Assembly (NCBI GenBank): GCA_016872675.1
Contig: VGZG01000001.1
Span: 77,182-141,181 of the forward strand
DNA length: 64,000 nt
DNA from: Planctomycetota bacterium
GTDB lineage: Bacteria > Planctomycetota > UBA1135 > UBA2386
Direction of reading: 5' to 3'
In this document: positions 63,699 to 64,000 of the stretch, one piece after another
Layout: each line of letters begins with the position of its first letter
Numbering within the stretch: position 1 is the first letter of the stretch
Notes under the pieces: model-generated
Told to the model about the DNA's origin: nothing
Database searches by the model: none
Seen by the model: the letters and a program-made list of their open reading frames with translations, nothing else
Program-made: the position numbers and the translations under genes

Positions 63699-64000
63699 AT
63701 GGCCTACAGCGACAAGGTCCTCGACCACTACCAAAACCCGCGCAACGTCGGCTCCCTCGACAAGAACGCTCCCGACGTCGGCACCGGCGTCGTCGGCGCG
63801 CCCGAGTGCGGCGACGTCATGAAGCTGCAGATCAAGGTCGGCGACGACGGCCGCATCCTCGACGCCAAGTTCAAGACCTACGGCTGCGGCTCGGCGATCG
63901 CCTCGTCGTCGCTGGCCACCGAGTGGCTCAAGGGCACGACGGTCGACGCCGCGGCGCAGATCAAGAACACACAGATCGTCGAGGAGCTGTCGCTCCCGCC
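63699..64000 (+). CDS. iscU: Fe-S cluster assembly scaffold IscU (3' end outside the window)
   Basis: Not in the ORF track because it has no stop in the window. ATG 63699 gives MAYSDKVLDHYQNPRNVGSLDKNAPDVGTGVVGAPECGDVMKLQIKV...KTYGCGSAIASSS, the canonical IscU sequence. Confidence 0.93.
   Translation, partial: MAYSDKVLDHYQNPRNVGSLDKNAPDVGTGVVGAPECGDVMKLQIKVGDDGRILDAKFKTYGCGSAIASSSLATEWLKGTTVDAAAQIKNTQIVEELSLP

Noticed and set aside
63580-63822. 80-aa ORF (MARQTTRPIQ...) in the iscS-iscU region
   Set aside because: It is out of frame with, and overlaps, the unmistakable iscU start at 63699. It is Thr/Pro/Ala/Ser-rich low complexity.

Overview
Very GC-rich bacterial chromosomal segment (about 70% GC by eye, not computed). 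It is densely packed with about 56 protein-coding genes. I saw no rRNA, tRNA, CRISPR array, transposase or integrase. Several genes point to a diderm of the Planctomycetota/PVC type (inference only): a PVC-type CxxCH haem-binding/HEAT protein, a DUF6807/PmoA-family protein, a TAT-exported xylose-isomerase-like TIM barrel, an FHA-Ser/Thr kinase, lpxB, an LpxL-like acyltransferase and a Mla/MCE operon. Most genes are housekeeping: rnpA-yidD, an MrfA/MrfB-like helicase-exonuclease pair, DPP-IV, xylB, gap-pgk, tilS, dinB, a MATE pump, trkA, trpG/pabA, lpxB, a UbiD-family decarboxylase, efp-like, larC, the pst operon, ygfZ and iscR-iscS-iscU. Most long entries in the ORF track are Arg/Ala/Pro-rich shadow frames of real genes and were discarded. 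Many real genes start well inside the listed ORF. About 18 gene junctions are 4-nt ATGA/GTGA stop-start overlaps. Most notable: (1) Two ORF-track entries are really one TlpA-like thioredoxin-fold gene. An in-frame TGA sits exactly at the first Cys of the CxxC motif and is followed by a SECIS-like hairpin, so this is a predicted UGPC selenoprotein. (2) The pst phosphate-uptake locus is remodelled. phoU lies between pstS and pstC and is fused to a catalytically degenerate LMW-phosphatase/ArsC-like domain. There are two tandem pstB genes with complementary motif degeneracy, predicting an asymmetric heterodimer with one active ATP site. An 11-bp-phased direct repeat upstream of pstS looks like a Pho box. 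(3) Lesser items: a fused TIGR03546/TIGR03545-like membrane protein coupled to yceH; a divergent dinB/MATE pair sharing an AT-rich repeat-bearing control region; an MFS-acyltransferase pair next to a STAS-fused Mla operon; an EF-P-like factor with an unusual loop tip; and an atypical iscRSU locus. All functional calls come from reading motifs by eye. No database search was run.
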